Positions 36,567 to 63,440 of a stretch of 64,000 nt of DNA are shown here, one piece after another. The translations under genes were made by a program, and so were the position numbers. The stretch is from positions 14,134,524 through 14,198,523 of the forward strand of contig CAVNZM010000004.1 in assembly GCA_963693365.1 (NCBI GenBank), read 5' to 3'. Source of the DNA: Amoebidium appalachense. Lineage: Eukaryota > Protista > Ichthyosporea. The notes below the pieces were generated by a model. It saw only the letters and a list, made by a program, of their open reading frames with translations. It made no database searches and was not told where the DNA came from. Each line of letters begins with the position of its first letter. Position 1 is the stretch's first letter.

Positions 36567-38210
36567 ACTCCTTTCACGTACCTTCTCGAGCTTTGTGCAC
36601 ATTACTGTCGCCCAGTCGTCTGTCTCTGGGGGTGCCTCAGGAATCAGCACAAAGTCTGCCCCGCATGCCACAGCTGCAGCCCAAGCCAGGTATCCACAGT
36701 GGCGGCCCATGACCTCCATGACAAAGGTGCGCTGGTGGGAGGCAGCCGTGCTTGTGACCGCATCAATGCTCTCGCAGATGCGGTGCAGCGCCGTGTCCGT
36801 GCCGATGGTCAGCTCCCCCTCGTAGACCATGTCGTTGTCGATGGACCCCACCAGCCCCACTAGGTTGAGGTAGCTGCACTCGTCGGCTAGCTCCTGGCTC
36901 ACGCGCCCTAAAAATAAGGCAGTCAGAATGGCGCCTCATCATCCTCTCGTGCATATGCACCCTTTTTCTGTTTGTGATCACACACCCTAATAAATTTAAA
37001 AATGCACCCGTAAAAACGGCACCCCGTCATCCTCCCATGAACGGCACCCCGTCATCCTCCCATGCATATACAGCCTTTTCTGAACAAGGAAATCTTGACA
37101 AGCAATACAGAACAGGCAACTGCAGCAGAGAGAACACAAGAACAAACGGGGTATGCACTGTGGTCTCACCGGTTGCCACGAGCTCATCCAGCAGGGACTT
37201 CCACTCGAGGCGGAACAGATTGGCCCCCGTCAAGCTGCCGTCACCACCACAGCAGATCTGCACATGCACTGGTTAGCTCTAACCATGAGGGGGGGAGGGG
37301 GGGTTGCATATTGATACAGTAAGGAGATACGGGGACCGCCACGGGAAGGTTGGGAGGGGAGGCACTACACTGAGTAAGAAAAGTTGCCCAACACACCCAG
37401 AGTACCCGAGTTTCGACACTTTGGCCTCACATGTGAAACCAAACTCAGACTGTCCCACTTAGCTTCACTTTTGCGTGTTCGAACAGACCTCACAGGCAAA
37501 GCAGTGGGAAGGGTAGTGAGTTGAGGTGCAGCAGTATGCAAGAAGCAAGGAGGACACGGATAGTAACACTGGACGGGGCTTCTGGGAAGGAGGGCGGGCG
37601 GGGGGGGGGGGGGGGGGGGGGGAGGGGGGGGGGGTGCATTGATGAAGTCATGAAATAATGCGGACAGCGGGAAGAAGGGGGAGGAGGTGGAGGGGGGGGG
37701 GGGGGGGGGAGATGACAATACATCAAAATCAGGACAGCCTTATGAGAAGAGGAGGGGAGGGGAGGGAGCGGGAGTGGCATGCGGCGTCAGGAAGAGCTGG
37801 CGCAAGGGGGGGGGGGGGGGGGGGGGGGTGCCTGGCGGCAGAGGAGGAGGGGGAGGGGGAAGGGGGGGGGGGGGGGGGGAAGGGGACAACTTACCAGATT
37901 CGTGATTTTGTGCTTCAAAAGGTTCTCTGCGGCCGTCAGACGACCCTTGCGCTCACGGAATTCCATGCAGCGGGCAGACCCAATCACGGTACCACCCTGC
38001 ACGTGTGTAAATGGGGGGAGAGAGGGAGAGGGGAGGGGGGAGGGGAGGGGGGGGGGGGGGGGAGGGGGAGGGGGAGGTTAGGCACGTCATTTTATAGGGT
38101 TGATTTGCGATATGTATCATGTTTGCATCAGGAGATGACAGGAAGGTACAATTCTAGGGGAACCAGAGGGATAATAATATCAGGAGGCGAAAAGAGGCAA
38201 GGGAGAGGAA

Positions 38211-38241
<31 letters not shown>

Positions 38242-38981
38242 CTCCTCCTGAGAACATTACAGAAGCTATGCCTTATCGAGATTAAAGTGTTCTAGAGGTA
38301 TGAAGATACGAGAGTGCCTAAAGAGGTGTTGGGGGGAGGGGGGGGAGGGAGGAGCTTACTCTGTGAATCATCATAGAAACGTCGTTCCACGCGAGCTTCT
38401 TGATCATGTCACCGCCATCCACCAGACCTTGATAGCCCTGCACAGATGCACCAGTGAGAAGACAGAATAGACGGCACAGAATGAGCATATTGGCACACAC
38501 GGAACAAGCACACACCCAAAAGAATTCACAGATGGCGCTAGTCTTGTTTCTGCATGCTTACCTCGTAAATGGCGTACACATCGTGTCCGTAGTACATGCC
38601 GACACGTGCAACGGCACGGACAACGGCATTCATACCTGTGTCATGAAATATGTCAGCTTGGCTGGCCACGATCGAGCAGGTGAACCATTAGCACGTGTGT
38701 GCACTATGACGTGCCAGGTTGAGTGCACTGGGGTGTGGGTGCTTACTGTGGGACGAGGTGTAGATGTGTTCAAAGAATGCATGCAGGGGGAAGGTTTTGG
38801 GGGCAAGGATGCAAAGGAACGGAAGTTGGGTGTTCTGGAGAGCGGGGATGGAGAGGGGAAGGGGGGAAGGGGGAAGGGGGGGGGAGGGGGGGGGGGGGGG
38901 GGGAGGGGAGGGGTAGTAGGACCAACCTGGGGCATCACCGCCGCTGGTGAAGACAGCGATTGTCTTTTTTTGTTGAGCCAT
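33265..38981 (-). CDS. PFK: ATP-dependent 6-phosphofructokinase, eukaryotic tandem-duplicated type (about 13 exons)
   Basis: [18 protein letters not shown]|[81 protein letters not shown]. The regulatory half has [36 protein letters not shown]. Stop TAG at 33267-33265. Confidence 0.97.
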
Positions 38982-39003
38982 GATGCTGTTATTCTGTGAG
39001 AAA

Positions 39004-39283
39004 GATTGCCCAGTTAGCACCGAGATATCCCACTAGCTCTGGCTATGAAGTTCAGGTCCGCCCCTCAGTTCAGCCCTCGAAAGATCCTTCACTGATGATT
39101 GCTAAAAAATTGAGTGGTCAAAGCCAAGACTGCCTATATGGAGAATGATTGCCCAGTTAGCACCGAGATATCCCACTAGCTCTGGCTTTGAAGTTCAGGT
39201 CCGCCCATCAGTTCAGCCCTCGAAAGATCCTTCACTGATGATTGCTAAAGAATTGAGTGGTCAAAGCCAAGACTGCCCTATAT
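39004..39283. repeat. 143-bp tandem duplication immediately upstream of the PFK start codon
   Basis: GATTGCCCAGTTAGCACCGAG...CAAAGCCAAGACTGCC starts at 39004 and again at 39147, with a few substitutions. Confidence 0.95.
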
Positions 39284-40204
39284 ATGCAGAAAGAATGCAG
39301 TTCTTCTGCCTTACTGAAAATTAGTATGCGAATCCCATACGAACTATGATGGGGCATGCTTAGATACTAAAGCAAGTCGGTGTTCGTGTTTCTAGAACTA
39401 ACAACTAATGACTGCAGCTGACAACTTCACACACAGAAAACACCAGCTGCCGTACCAAAAGAATTTCGGAGACTGAGCCGCTTTCACCGTCTGCTGGGCT
39501 TATATACTCGGGATGAAATGAATTATGCCCATATAAGGCTACAGTTTTTGGAGCGCGGTGGAACAGTTTGATAGATCTGTGCTGCTAATGTTTAATATAG
39601 AACCTATACCCCAGCCATAGTTATACGAACCCTTATGCATGCATAATATAGTTGTTTCTATAAAAAAAAAACTCCCAAATGTGTGCTTTTGGTATATTAA
39701 GCTTATTGCTTTTTGAGTATTAAAAGTTCTGATGGGATTGGGCGATTATGGATATACCATATTTAGTAAGCTTTTGCATTGATCCCATTGGTCCACCTGA
39801 AAAACAACACGGTGACTGATGTGCACGCCGCACGGGTATGCGAACGATCGGCACGGTCGAAAGGTGTTACAAAGGGGCCTGTGCTGGCCGGTGCAGGAAG
39901 ACCAAAATGAATAAAAACTTCCTTTGTTGATATGTATATGGGTATAGGTATCTGGGCTAATTATGTGTAAAGCTACTTACAGTAGTTTATTGGAAAGTTG
40001 TAGTTTGCCGCATTCCAGACCGTAACTCGCCGACAATCACCATTGCTTCATTGCGCTCGTCTTATTCGGGTAAAGTGTCATAATGTTAATATGAAAACCT
40101 AATAACTATAACGGAATTGTTGGAATCTAGCAGCTGACAAATGTACATGATACTAAATAAATGTTTTTTATATTACATCAAAATACAGCTGCTTCTAATA
40201 CAAG

Positions 40205-40320
40205 ATATTGAAAATAGCTTTTTCAATTTGTCTTTGCTTTTCCACCAAAACTTGGAACATATATATTGAAAATAGCTTTTTCAATTTGTCTTTGCTTTTC
40301 CACCAAAACTTGGAACATAT
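40205..40320. repeat. 58-bp perfect tandem duplication
   Basis: ATATTGAAAATAGCTTTTTCAATTTG...CTTGGAACATAT starts at 40205 and again at 40263. Confidence 0.9.
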
Positions 40321-42609
40321 GCTCTAGGGGAGCATACCTCATGTTGTCCAGACTCTACAAGTTGATTGGCTGAAAGCGAAACCAATCATAAACGTTCTTT
40401 TTCTAATAGCCCGGCGCCAAAAACAGGGGTTGAATTACGACCAAAATCGACGTATTTACGATTAAGCCCAGGGGATCAATCCGAGTAGGGCTGTGAGGTG
40501 CTGTGTTGGTTTTTCGTAGCAGTAAAATAGACCACAATAGTGTATTTTGTTGTGTTTTTATATAAAATTAGTGTTTTCCCAGGTAAAAGGTGGCCAGGTG
40601 GTTATTTTGGCACTCCAGAACGGAATATGAAGCCCTGTTTTGTCTTTCGGGGTGTGCAATTGCTAAGGGAATGTAAAATGAACTAAAATGGGTTGTCAAA
40701 TTTGATTACATAAGGGGTCTTTACGAGTCGTATGGCAATGACTGGGTTTGCTTGCATGCATTCTGTAATTGTGTTTTTCTGTGTGTCCTGCCACAACTAG
40801 GCCACCTTATCAGAGAGCTAGATGCAGTTTCTCCGGGTTATCTAGGGGCCGGGCCCGTTGGGATTGTTTTTTAGCTCAGATTTGGTCTGCATTGCTCTTT
40901 TAGAGGCTGACTTGCTTGCTGTGCCTCGATAGGTTTTGAGGGGGGCCTGTTGGGAAGGAGCAGTAATGATGTCTTCTTGCAGAGTGTGGTCTGGTCAACA
41001 TCGATGCATATGACTAGTTGGAGCAAACTAGTTTCACGCATACACGTACACTTAAGGTTTTGCCCGCTGGTGTCCTTTGTCACTTGTCGCTTTATTTTTA
41101 TTTCGTAGCTTTGGCTTTTTCAGTTCTATTGGTGGTTATGTAGCCTGTGGCTGCACGTTGCCTTCATCAACGGATCAATAAACCCGAGTCAAAAGAAAAA
41201 AGTCGTAGATACAGCAAAACCCCGCGGATACGATTTACAAATTCCGGCATGTGTTTCACCGCACTGATCATTATCGCTTTTTGGGAGCTTTGGCAGGTTA
41301 CAAGTCTCCTGCTGTACGTATGGATACCACCCTAGTAGATAAGTCTGTATGGTGCTCTAATGTTGATATTGCCTGGGAAGTTGTGCAGTGGCGTTGTAAT
41401 TCTTGTTTCCATCGCCGCTGGTGCCACTTTTGTGCTGAACTTTTTCATCGGAAGCATGTTGATAGGTGTGAGTTTTTATGTCGCGTTTTACCTCTTTCCC
41501 TACGGGTGTCTGCTACACTGGCTGGCAATGTGAACACTTCAGACTTTTTGTTGAATTCTGTTGGTCGTCACATTGAGTATTTATATGACTTTCACACAGT
41601 GTTCAGGTATCTCAGTATGCACTTGTTACTGAATAACTCGTGAAGTTTTTATTGTCTTCTCAGTATGCCGTGCATACTTGCATATCTTTCCGTCGAATAA
41701 ATCCCAGTCAAAAGAAAAAAAAAAGAAAAACAAATTCCGACAATACGATTGCGTCTAAGGTAAAACGGGTAGCGGAGCCAAAACCCCACAATCCCTGGCC
41801 AAAAACAGTGAACATTCGACTTTGTCAACAAGTTGACTCCTTCTTGCCTTGTGACTGAGGGGACTAAAAGCACGGTTATTCTGCAGCTGCCAGCTTGTCA
41901 GTACTCTCCATGGCTGGGTGCTGCGCACGAGTGGGGTGATATCCACCACGAAAAGGGCTAGTGAACCGAGGCTTCACTTGCCAAGTCAGCAGACAGAGGA
42001 CACGTGCACATACGTGTCGCGCCTGCTTTGTCCTCCATAGAGGGAAGCCTCTGCAGCCGCTATAGCCCCGTGCACGTGAGGTCCATGCACCCCCCAACAC
42101 ACAAAAGCCCACGCAGCTGGACGTCTCCCTGCGTGGCATACACAGATCTAGCACTATTGCCACTACAGCACGTACGTGCAACTTGCCAGTGCGTACAGAC
42201 ACACGCGCGCGCCATAGGACCATGCACACACAGCGTTTGGACAAAAAGACTAGATGATTGAAGGCAGTGTTCAATCACACGACACACACGCAAAGACGCA
42301 CGTTTATTCGCAACTATATACAAGTAGACACGAATCGATAGATGTGCACGCACGCTTGCTCAACGTTCGTGCACCCACACAATTGCATGGGCTACAAAAC
42401 TCTAGATTCAGGTACACTGAGCATTGTAATAACGCCAACGTGGGCACACATGCAGAGACACAAACACTAACCCACACACCTGCACACACCCATAGCAACG
42501 CCACAGGCACACACAGCACACACACACACAGACGCTCGCGCACACACCCACACCCACACACACACGTGCAGACACAAACACCCACACACATACACACACA
42601 CACGCCGCG

Positions 42610-42653
<44 letters not shown>

Positions 42654-43029
42654 CACACGCACACGCACACGCACACGCACACACACACACACACACACAC
42701 GCACACCGAATTCAACAACGGTGCCCATGGCAACTCACGCCCATATTACTGTAGCACACGGCAATTCACCCCAGCCTAACAAGGGCACAGACATAGCGAC
42801 CGCGGACACGCACAATACACGCACACACAAGCACACACACAAACAAGTACGCCAACAAATACCCACATATTACACGCGAATGTGTGACACACGCACAAAC
42901 ACATGTACGGACACAAATTTAGTCCGGTACGTGTAGCCCACCCAGTGCTTTCTCCTTGTGCACACGTTGCAAACTATGTGTAACCCTTCCGTCCCCCCAC
43001 CCCCACCAAACTCTCAGACGCACACATAC

Positions 43030-43065
<36 letters not shown>

Positions 43066-43328
43066 GGGGGAGGGGGGGGAGAGGGAGGGAGGGGGAGGGG
43101 AGGGAGGGAGGGAGGGAGGGAGGGAGGGAGGGAGGGAGGGAGGGAGGGAGGGAGGGAGGGAGGGAGGGAGGGAGGGAGGGAGGGAGGGAGGGAGGGAGGG
43201 GAGGGGGGGGGGGGAGGGAGGGGGGGGGGGGGGGGGGAGGGAGGGGAGGGGAGGGAGGGAGGGAGGGAGGGAGGGAGGGAGGGAGGGAGGGAGGGAGGGA
43301 GGGAGGGAGGGAGGGAGAGAGAGAGAGA
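43030..43328. repeat. (GA)n/(GGGA)n purine microsatellite
   Basis: Directly visible GGGA and GA arrays. Confidence 0.95.
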
Positions 43329-45593
43329 TGGCTGTGCCACGTGATTTTGGAGCAAGCAAGCAACACTCAGTGACGTGTGACCGGATACTACTAAGCGTGT
43401 TTGACACGGATAGTGTGCGATTGTGGCAGGGAGATCAAGATGGTGAGATGCGGCGAGGAGGGGGTCGGTGGGGGGGGGGAGGGGGGGGGGGGGGGGGGTA
43501 ATTGACCGAAGGCACTGAGCAGGGGTGTAACTTAAAACTTGGAGGTTGAATAGAGGAGGAACGTGGGTGGAAAAGCTTAACCCGTTCATGTGCATATGTG
43601 CCACCAGCAGCAACTGAGTCATACAAACAGTGAAAGCTGCCTTGGCTGTCAACCGTGTAAGCCCTCTCTTATATGCAACAAGGGCAAGGTGTTTGTTCTC
43701 CCGTGGCTGCACCAGGCTGATGTTTGGTCCCACTGAGGTGCCTTGACGATATTGCCACACTCTCGAACCTAACAGCGTTACCTATGACTGTCCTAATAGT
43801 ACGACAGCTCACTAACATTAGTAGCACCGGCATACTACCCGTGGTGGGGATCCACCCTACCCACCAGCATATATAGTGCAACAACTTACAAGGCGGCCAC
43901 ATCACAGCCCCCACGTGCACCATCTCACAGCAGGCCCCCATGTGCATCCATCAAGGACTGGCAAAGCGGAGGACGGTCCCCCCCCCCTCCCCCCCCGAGG
44001 CACCCCCTGAACAAAAAGCCCCCACCAAGCCCCAGCGACAATCACGCAGACAGTTAGAATGTTGACCCAAAAGCCTCAACCACGGTTAACCCACCACTTG
44101 CACGTGGAAACGTCGCCACACCAGTACACAAAGGTCCCGGTAACCCCTAGTAGAGCACTCACCACTGAGGCCGGCCGTGCCACGCTTCACATGCGGCCAC
44201 ACAGGAGGATCACCCCTTTGCCCAACCGTCAACATACTCAGCACGCGAGCCTAACCAATATACGTAGCATGGGGGTACCACTGTGGCACACGTACGACAC
44301 CACAAATCAAATCCCACAGCCCCACGCCGTACCGGAGGGGTATCCATTCTTTTCCGTTGAACCCCGGCTGTTCAAGGTGTTGCCTGTCGGTCACGGGGAC
44401 ATACACATGCACCAAGTGGCAGGCGTGTAGGTACTCAATGATTCATTGGCCTCTGCCACTGCAGCACTGCAGCCTACAGTCCACAGAGTGCACGGTCACG
44501 TGAGGAGTGTTTACTGTTCAAGTCAAGTCGCCGGCCGTTGCAAGAGGTGAGAGCGGCAGCCTGTCTCAGAAAAGCTGAGTCACGACAGAGACCAGGTGAG
44601 GGCCAGCAAGTTCAACGCAGTGTTCAACACTCCATGTTGGTCTGAGGTCGAATATCACCCAGATACGGTTGGAGGTCAACCTGCATGTGGCCATGGACCA
44701 CAATGGCATGCGAGACTGCATGCCTGCAGCTTCTCGATACCATTTAGATTGGGTAATATTTATCACTGGAATCTATGACGTCAAAGATGGCTGCAAGGCT
44801 GAATCGACCGAACAGGTCGTATCATGAATGAATACATAAAGCAGCAAGCGAGAATACTGACTCCACAAGATATTATTTTCCTGCACTAAATACCAGTATA
44901 GAAAATTTAAAGAATTTATAGAGTGTATAGTACCTAACGCGCTTGGGTACTCTGCCTACAAATAGACTATCTACGTCAGAGTCGATGTATGTACGTACGT
45001 AAGTAGGCCGAAGTTATTGGTTGTTTGAAGCCAATCGTATTGCTTTGCCTATTCGAGGAATGTGTGGAATGTGGCCTGAACACAGTCTGAACCATCCGTT
45101 GCAGGGGTTCTGCCACGCAACAACAAAAACATGTACAACCGTCACACGCGTCATTCAGAGGCCTGTTTATGACCTTCTCCTTACAAAGTTTATTTCACCT
45201 GCTTCATGTTGCTAAAAACATGTGCAGATCAATAGGTTCAAAGTGCGGCTACGTAACTTAACAAGCTTTCTTATTTCCTGAATCTAACGCATGTGTGTGC
45301 TGGCATACATACATAGGATGCTCATGGTGCTACCTCATGAATACACGTGCAGACTGCAGAATCGAAAAATCTATCCAAGCAGGTGAAGACGAGTTTCCAT
45401 GATGTCGGTATAGTTAACGGCAAGCAATATTTTCCCCTTGTGCCCACCCTGCTGTTTGGGTAAGACAAGTATGCACTATTGCATGTAACCAGCCTCAATC
45501 TCACGGTCATCTGAACACAAGCCATCAACGAACGTACATGCCAGGGGATGACCGGATGTTACAAGATCTGAGTGTGGAGGGGGGAAGGGAACC

Positions 45594-59499
<13,906 letters not shown>

Positions 59500-59729
59500 T
59501 CGTTGATAAAGTAGTTAACGCATTTGAATTAAGTGTTAACTGCATGAAGTACGAAGGCTGCTAGGACGAAGGACAAACCAAAGAGTGTGCCGCCACAGTG
59601 CTAAGTCTGGGTGGCTGAAGGTTTTTTTTTTTTTTTTTTTTGCGCGGGGGCGCGCGGGGGGGGGGGGGGGGGGGGGGGGGGGGTATGTGTGTGTTTCTGT
59701 GTGTGGTGATGGTGGTGGTGGGTGGGTGT

Positions 59730-59774
<45 letters not shown>

Positions 59775-60102
59775 GGGGGAGGGGGGGAGAAGGGGGGGGG
59801 GGGGGGGGGAGAGTATGTATATGTGCCCATTAGCGCGGATGAATACACTAATCGAATGTTGTGTGGTTGCGCGAAGGACAATCTTATTTGCATTCGTAAA
59901 CCCTCCATTGGAGGCGCGAATATGAGTGGCCAATAGTTATGGGCACACATACACATGGTATATGAAGTCTGTGTGCTAATGATATGTACATGCACGTGGG
60001 TGCGTGTATGATGTATGGTGCTAGTGATCATGCAAGTATACAAGTGGCTGTATGATGGTAATCTCAATTTTTACTAGTACTGAACATAGGCAAGTACGCC
60101 TA

Positions 60103-60238
60103 TAGGCCAGTACACACGTGGTATGATGTATACCGAATTAGGCAAGTACACACGTGGTATGATGTATACCGAATTAGGAAAGTACACACGTGGTATGATG
60201 TATACCGAATTAGGAAAGTACACACGTGGTATGATGTA
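60103..60238. repeat. 36-bp tandem repeat (about 3.8 copies) downstream of the kinase gene
   Basis: Unit TAGG(A/C)AAGTACACACGTGGTATGATGTATACCGAAT. Each copy contains CACGTG. Confidence 0.9.
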
Positions 60239-60436
60239 ATGGCAATATAAACAACTGTGCACACACGTGGTGTGTGCTACCGTACACCACGAAGAGAAGA
60301 TACTGGGTCTGCTATCAACCTGTCAATCACGGTGTCTGCTGGATGCAAGTGTTTTTGCCGATATATGGTGCCAGTGTGTGTGTCATAGTCATGGTGTGTC
60401 ATCTGTGTGCCACAAATGTCAGAACCTGTCTGTCCC

Positions 60437-60537
<101 letters not shown>

Positions 60538-60631
60538 CGGATGTATCCCTCTCTCTTTCTCTTTTCTCGTTGTGGCTGTGACTGTGTGTATGCATATGTG
60601 TATGCTTGATGGTGTACGTGGATGTCAGCGT

Positions 60632-60675
<44 letters not shown>

Positions 60676-61368
60676 ACCCCCCACCCCCCGCCTGTCATCT
60701 TCCCATGATTATCGGCAAGACTTAGAAGTTGAGTTTCATATATGTTTATTAGTTTGTTGTAGTTTGTTTCCTTTTCCCTTTTCCTTTCTTCCTTTCTTTC
60801 TTTTCTTTCTGTTTCCGTGTGCACCGATATCTTAGATCTGTGTACACATCGAGATAATTAGCCCGCGCACACGTATTGTTATTTGTGTCAATGTCTAAAT
60901 ATGTCATCCAATCAGATCTTGCTGTATTTTCCCAAATATAGTAATCTACATTCCTCATTAATTCTATTCGATTCCTTTCCCATTCCATTCCTTTCTATCC
61001 TCATTCCTTTTCCTTCCTTTCTCACGACGTAGCATTGTTCTATGTACTCCAACTATTAGGAATACTTATATTTAAACGTGTTATGTTAGGAACATGTATA
61101 AATATATGATGTGAACTAATAGATACATAATTGGTTTCATTTTGTTAAATGTTTCCGTACTTTTATTAGAAGATTACTTTCATTAGAGGATTGCGTTTTA
61201 TCTTGTATGTGTCGACAGGCATTTCGATCGATTTATTTTACCCTCATAGTTTTCGTCTTTCTGATTGGAAAATAGAGTTTTCTTTCTTTTGATTGGTTTA
61301 TCGATTTCACATACCTGAGTATAAAAGGAACTTCATTTTGAAATAAATATAAAGCAGTCGTATTCATT

Positions 61369-61729
61369 GGTTCGATTCGTGTGAAAAGCCAGATTGCCAG
61401 ATTGCCAGAATGCCAGAATTTTGATGGCATTCCAGAAAGGCTAGATTTCGGTCCGGTTCTTGTAGAGCTAAAATCTAGCTTTTTGGGTCAAGAAGGCACT
61501 TGCCATTTTGCGCGGTAATAGAATACCTTGGCTTATCTTAATGAACAATAATAGTTTTGAAATATTATTTAAATAATTTTTATTTTGTTAAATGGGCATT
61601 TATTACCAAGTTTTATGCATTTTTGAAAAGCTATACTAATGAGGCAAAACGCCTAGGATTGGATACGAACTTTATATGGTGCTGGCACGGCCAATCGTAA
61701 GGCGCAGGGTCAATCTGGCAATCTGGAAA

Positions 61730-61761
<32 letters not shown>

Positions 61762-61922
61762 CGCCAGATTCTGGAATCTGGAAGAGGGGTCAAATTGAAT
61801 CTGGCCTTAAAATTTTGTTTAAATTTTACGTTCCGAATCGATTGATCGACGAATAACCATTTTTGGCGAGGCGGCTTTTAATCTGGCAATCTGGCAATCT
61901 GGCTTTTCACACGAATCGAACC
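61369..61922. mobile_element. 554-bp MITE with 41-bp TIRs and a 3-bp target duplication (PIF/Harbinger-like)
   Basis: TIR GGTTCGATTCGTGTGAAAAGCCAGATTGCCAGATTGCCAGA at 61369-61409, reverse complement at 61882-61922. ATT is duplicated at 61366-61368 and 61923-61925. There are internal (T)GCCAGAT(T) repeats and no long ORF. Confidence 0.9.
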
Positions 61923-63130
61923 ATTTCCTATGGTTCCAGAAATCGTTCCACCTCTCCGGTTGTGTTTCTCCCGTGTGTCTCTGTGTTGTGTATAACATAA
62001 CACCCATCTGTGCTCTCTGCTTCTCCGTTTACCCACACAAAACAACACCGCCCCCACTCTCCCGCCCCTCCTTTCCCTTCCCAACCAGTCACATACATGT
62101 ACCAGTAGATAACCCCATCACGTCCAAAAACACTAGTGGATATATATTGTCAAAAATCCCGCCGCTTTATTCACAATGTCAAAATTCTTCCTCCCTGAAG
62201 TTCTCTGTTGAGTCCAGCCCAACAACTACGAACGACTGCAATCTTAAAATACTGCAAACACTGCTGCGGGCAAAAAAAAAAAAAAAAAAAAACTGCATCA
62301 TTAATGATTATCTTTTTCCGGAATGAACACGAGCAAACTGCCTTACTACAGTAAGTGGGGTTTACACACTTTTTATTGCGTGGACACTGCCGGAGGCCCA
62401 GCCACATTTGACGGCCTAATGCGTTTTCCAGCGCAGCCAATCAAATGCAGCCAGTGACATATGTACATGCCAGGCAACAATGAGCGCCATCGTAGTGTTG
62501 GAGTACACTGGTACTCCCGGCTAGCAATGTCTGTTAGAGAAAGTTTCTGAGCAATTGAATAATTGTTTTTCAACACTCACTCGAGTGCATAGAGCTTTTG
62601 TTTACGGTCATATTCATATATGGTAGTTATATGTTTGAGCCAAAACTGTACCAATGACGAGCTTCACTAGCAACGTGCTAATTGTGCTCATTAATTAATA
62701 TTCCCGGTTCAGATGATGTCATGTCTATATTTGCCACAGGATTCTATTCTTAGAGTGGTAGTGTGCTTTATTCCCGGATATTCTCGGAATATTTTTAGTT
62801 GTGTGAAGTAAGATTTACGTTTAACTGCAATTGGTGTGTTAAACACGTTTATTTGTGTGCTTTAGTGCAAGTTAACTAGCCACTCAACGTGCACAGTTAA
62901 CTTTTATATCTTTAACGACTTGTTTTCATTGTGCTCTCTTTTCGGCCATGCTGTACATGGCCCACCACCAGGGTGCACACGAGGCCACCATGAGGTGGCC
63001 AACGACTATATAAAGCAGTGCCTCCCATGTCACAAACATGGGAAGCAGAACGTTTGATTTACACTTTTCTACTGTCGTTTTCAGTGCACAAAACACATAG
63101 ACTAGTTACCGGGCCATCATACACGACACT

Positions 63131-63271
63131 ATGTCTGACAACTTACAGTTGCAGCAACTAGTCCAACAACTGGAGCAGAGGTTGGCCTCACAAGATGCAA
63201 TCATTTCTGACTTACAGAAGGAACAACGTGCACTAGAACTAGCTTCTATGAACACAATGTCCAACACGTAG
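63131..63271 (+). other. Short 46-codon ORF with coiled-coil character downstream of a TATA box; possible first exon or gene remnant
   Basis: TATATAAA at about 63007. The ORF reads MSDNLQLQQLVQQLEQRLASQDAIISDLQKEQRALELASMNTMSNT*. Confidence 0.3.
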
Positions 63272-63288
63272 TATGTATATGGCGCTCA

Positions 63289-63440
63289 TTTACTCGAGGC
63301 AAAGAGAAACCAGTCTCAGGTATGGGGGGGTTTTCGCTCGGAATATCCCCTCAGCGGTATATCATGATCACGTACATAGATGTCGGGTGACGACTATATA
63401 TCAGGGTTTACTTTCTCTATGTGACACCATAAAGACTACA
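63289..63440 (-). repeat. Dispersed repeat, copy 2 (inverted relative to 20244-20388)
   Basis: Its reverse complement aligns to 20244-20388 and has an extra 12-bp segment, ATATATAGTCGT. Confidence 0.85.

Noticed and set aside
37016-37065. 25-bp direct repeat AACGGCACCCCGTCATCCTCCCATG in a PFK intron
   Set aside because: A simple local slippage duplication with no element between the copies.
43500-44800. Kinase-like words on the minus strand (IEYLHACHLVH, LGDIRPQ)
   Set aside because: They lie in different frames and the wrong order with no other kinase subdomains, so they are probably chance.
60103-60238. 36-bp repeats of CRISPR-repeat size
   Set aside because: The copies are head-to-tail with no spacers, so this is an ordinary minisatellite.
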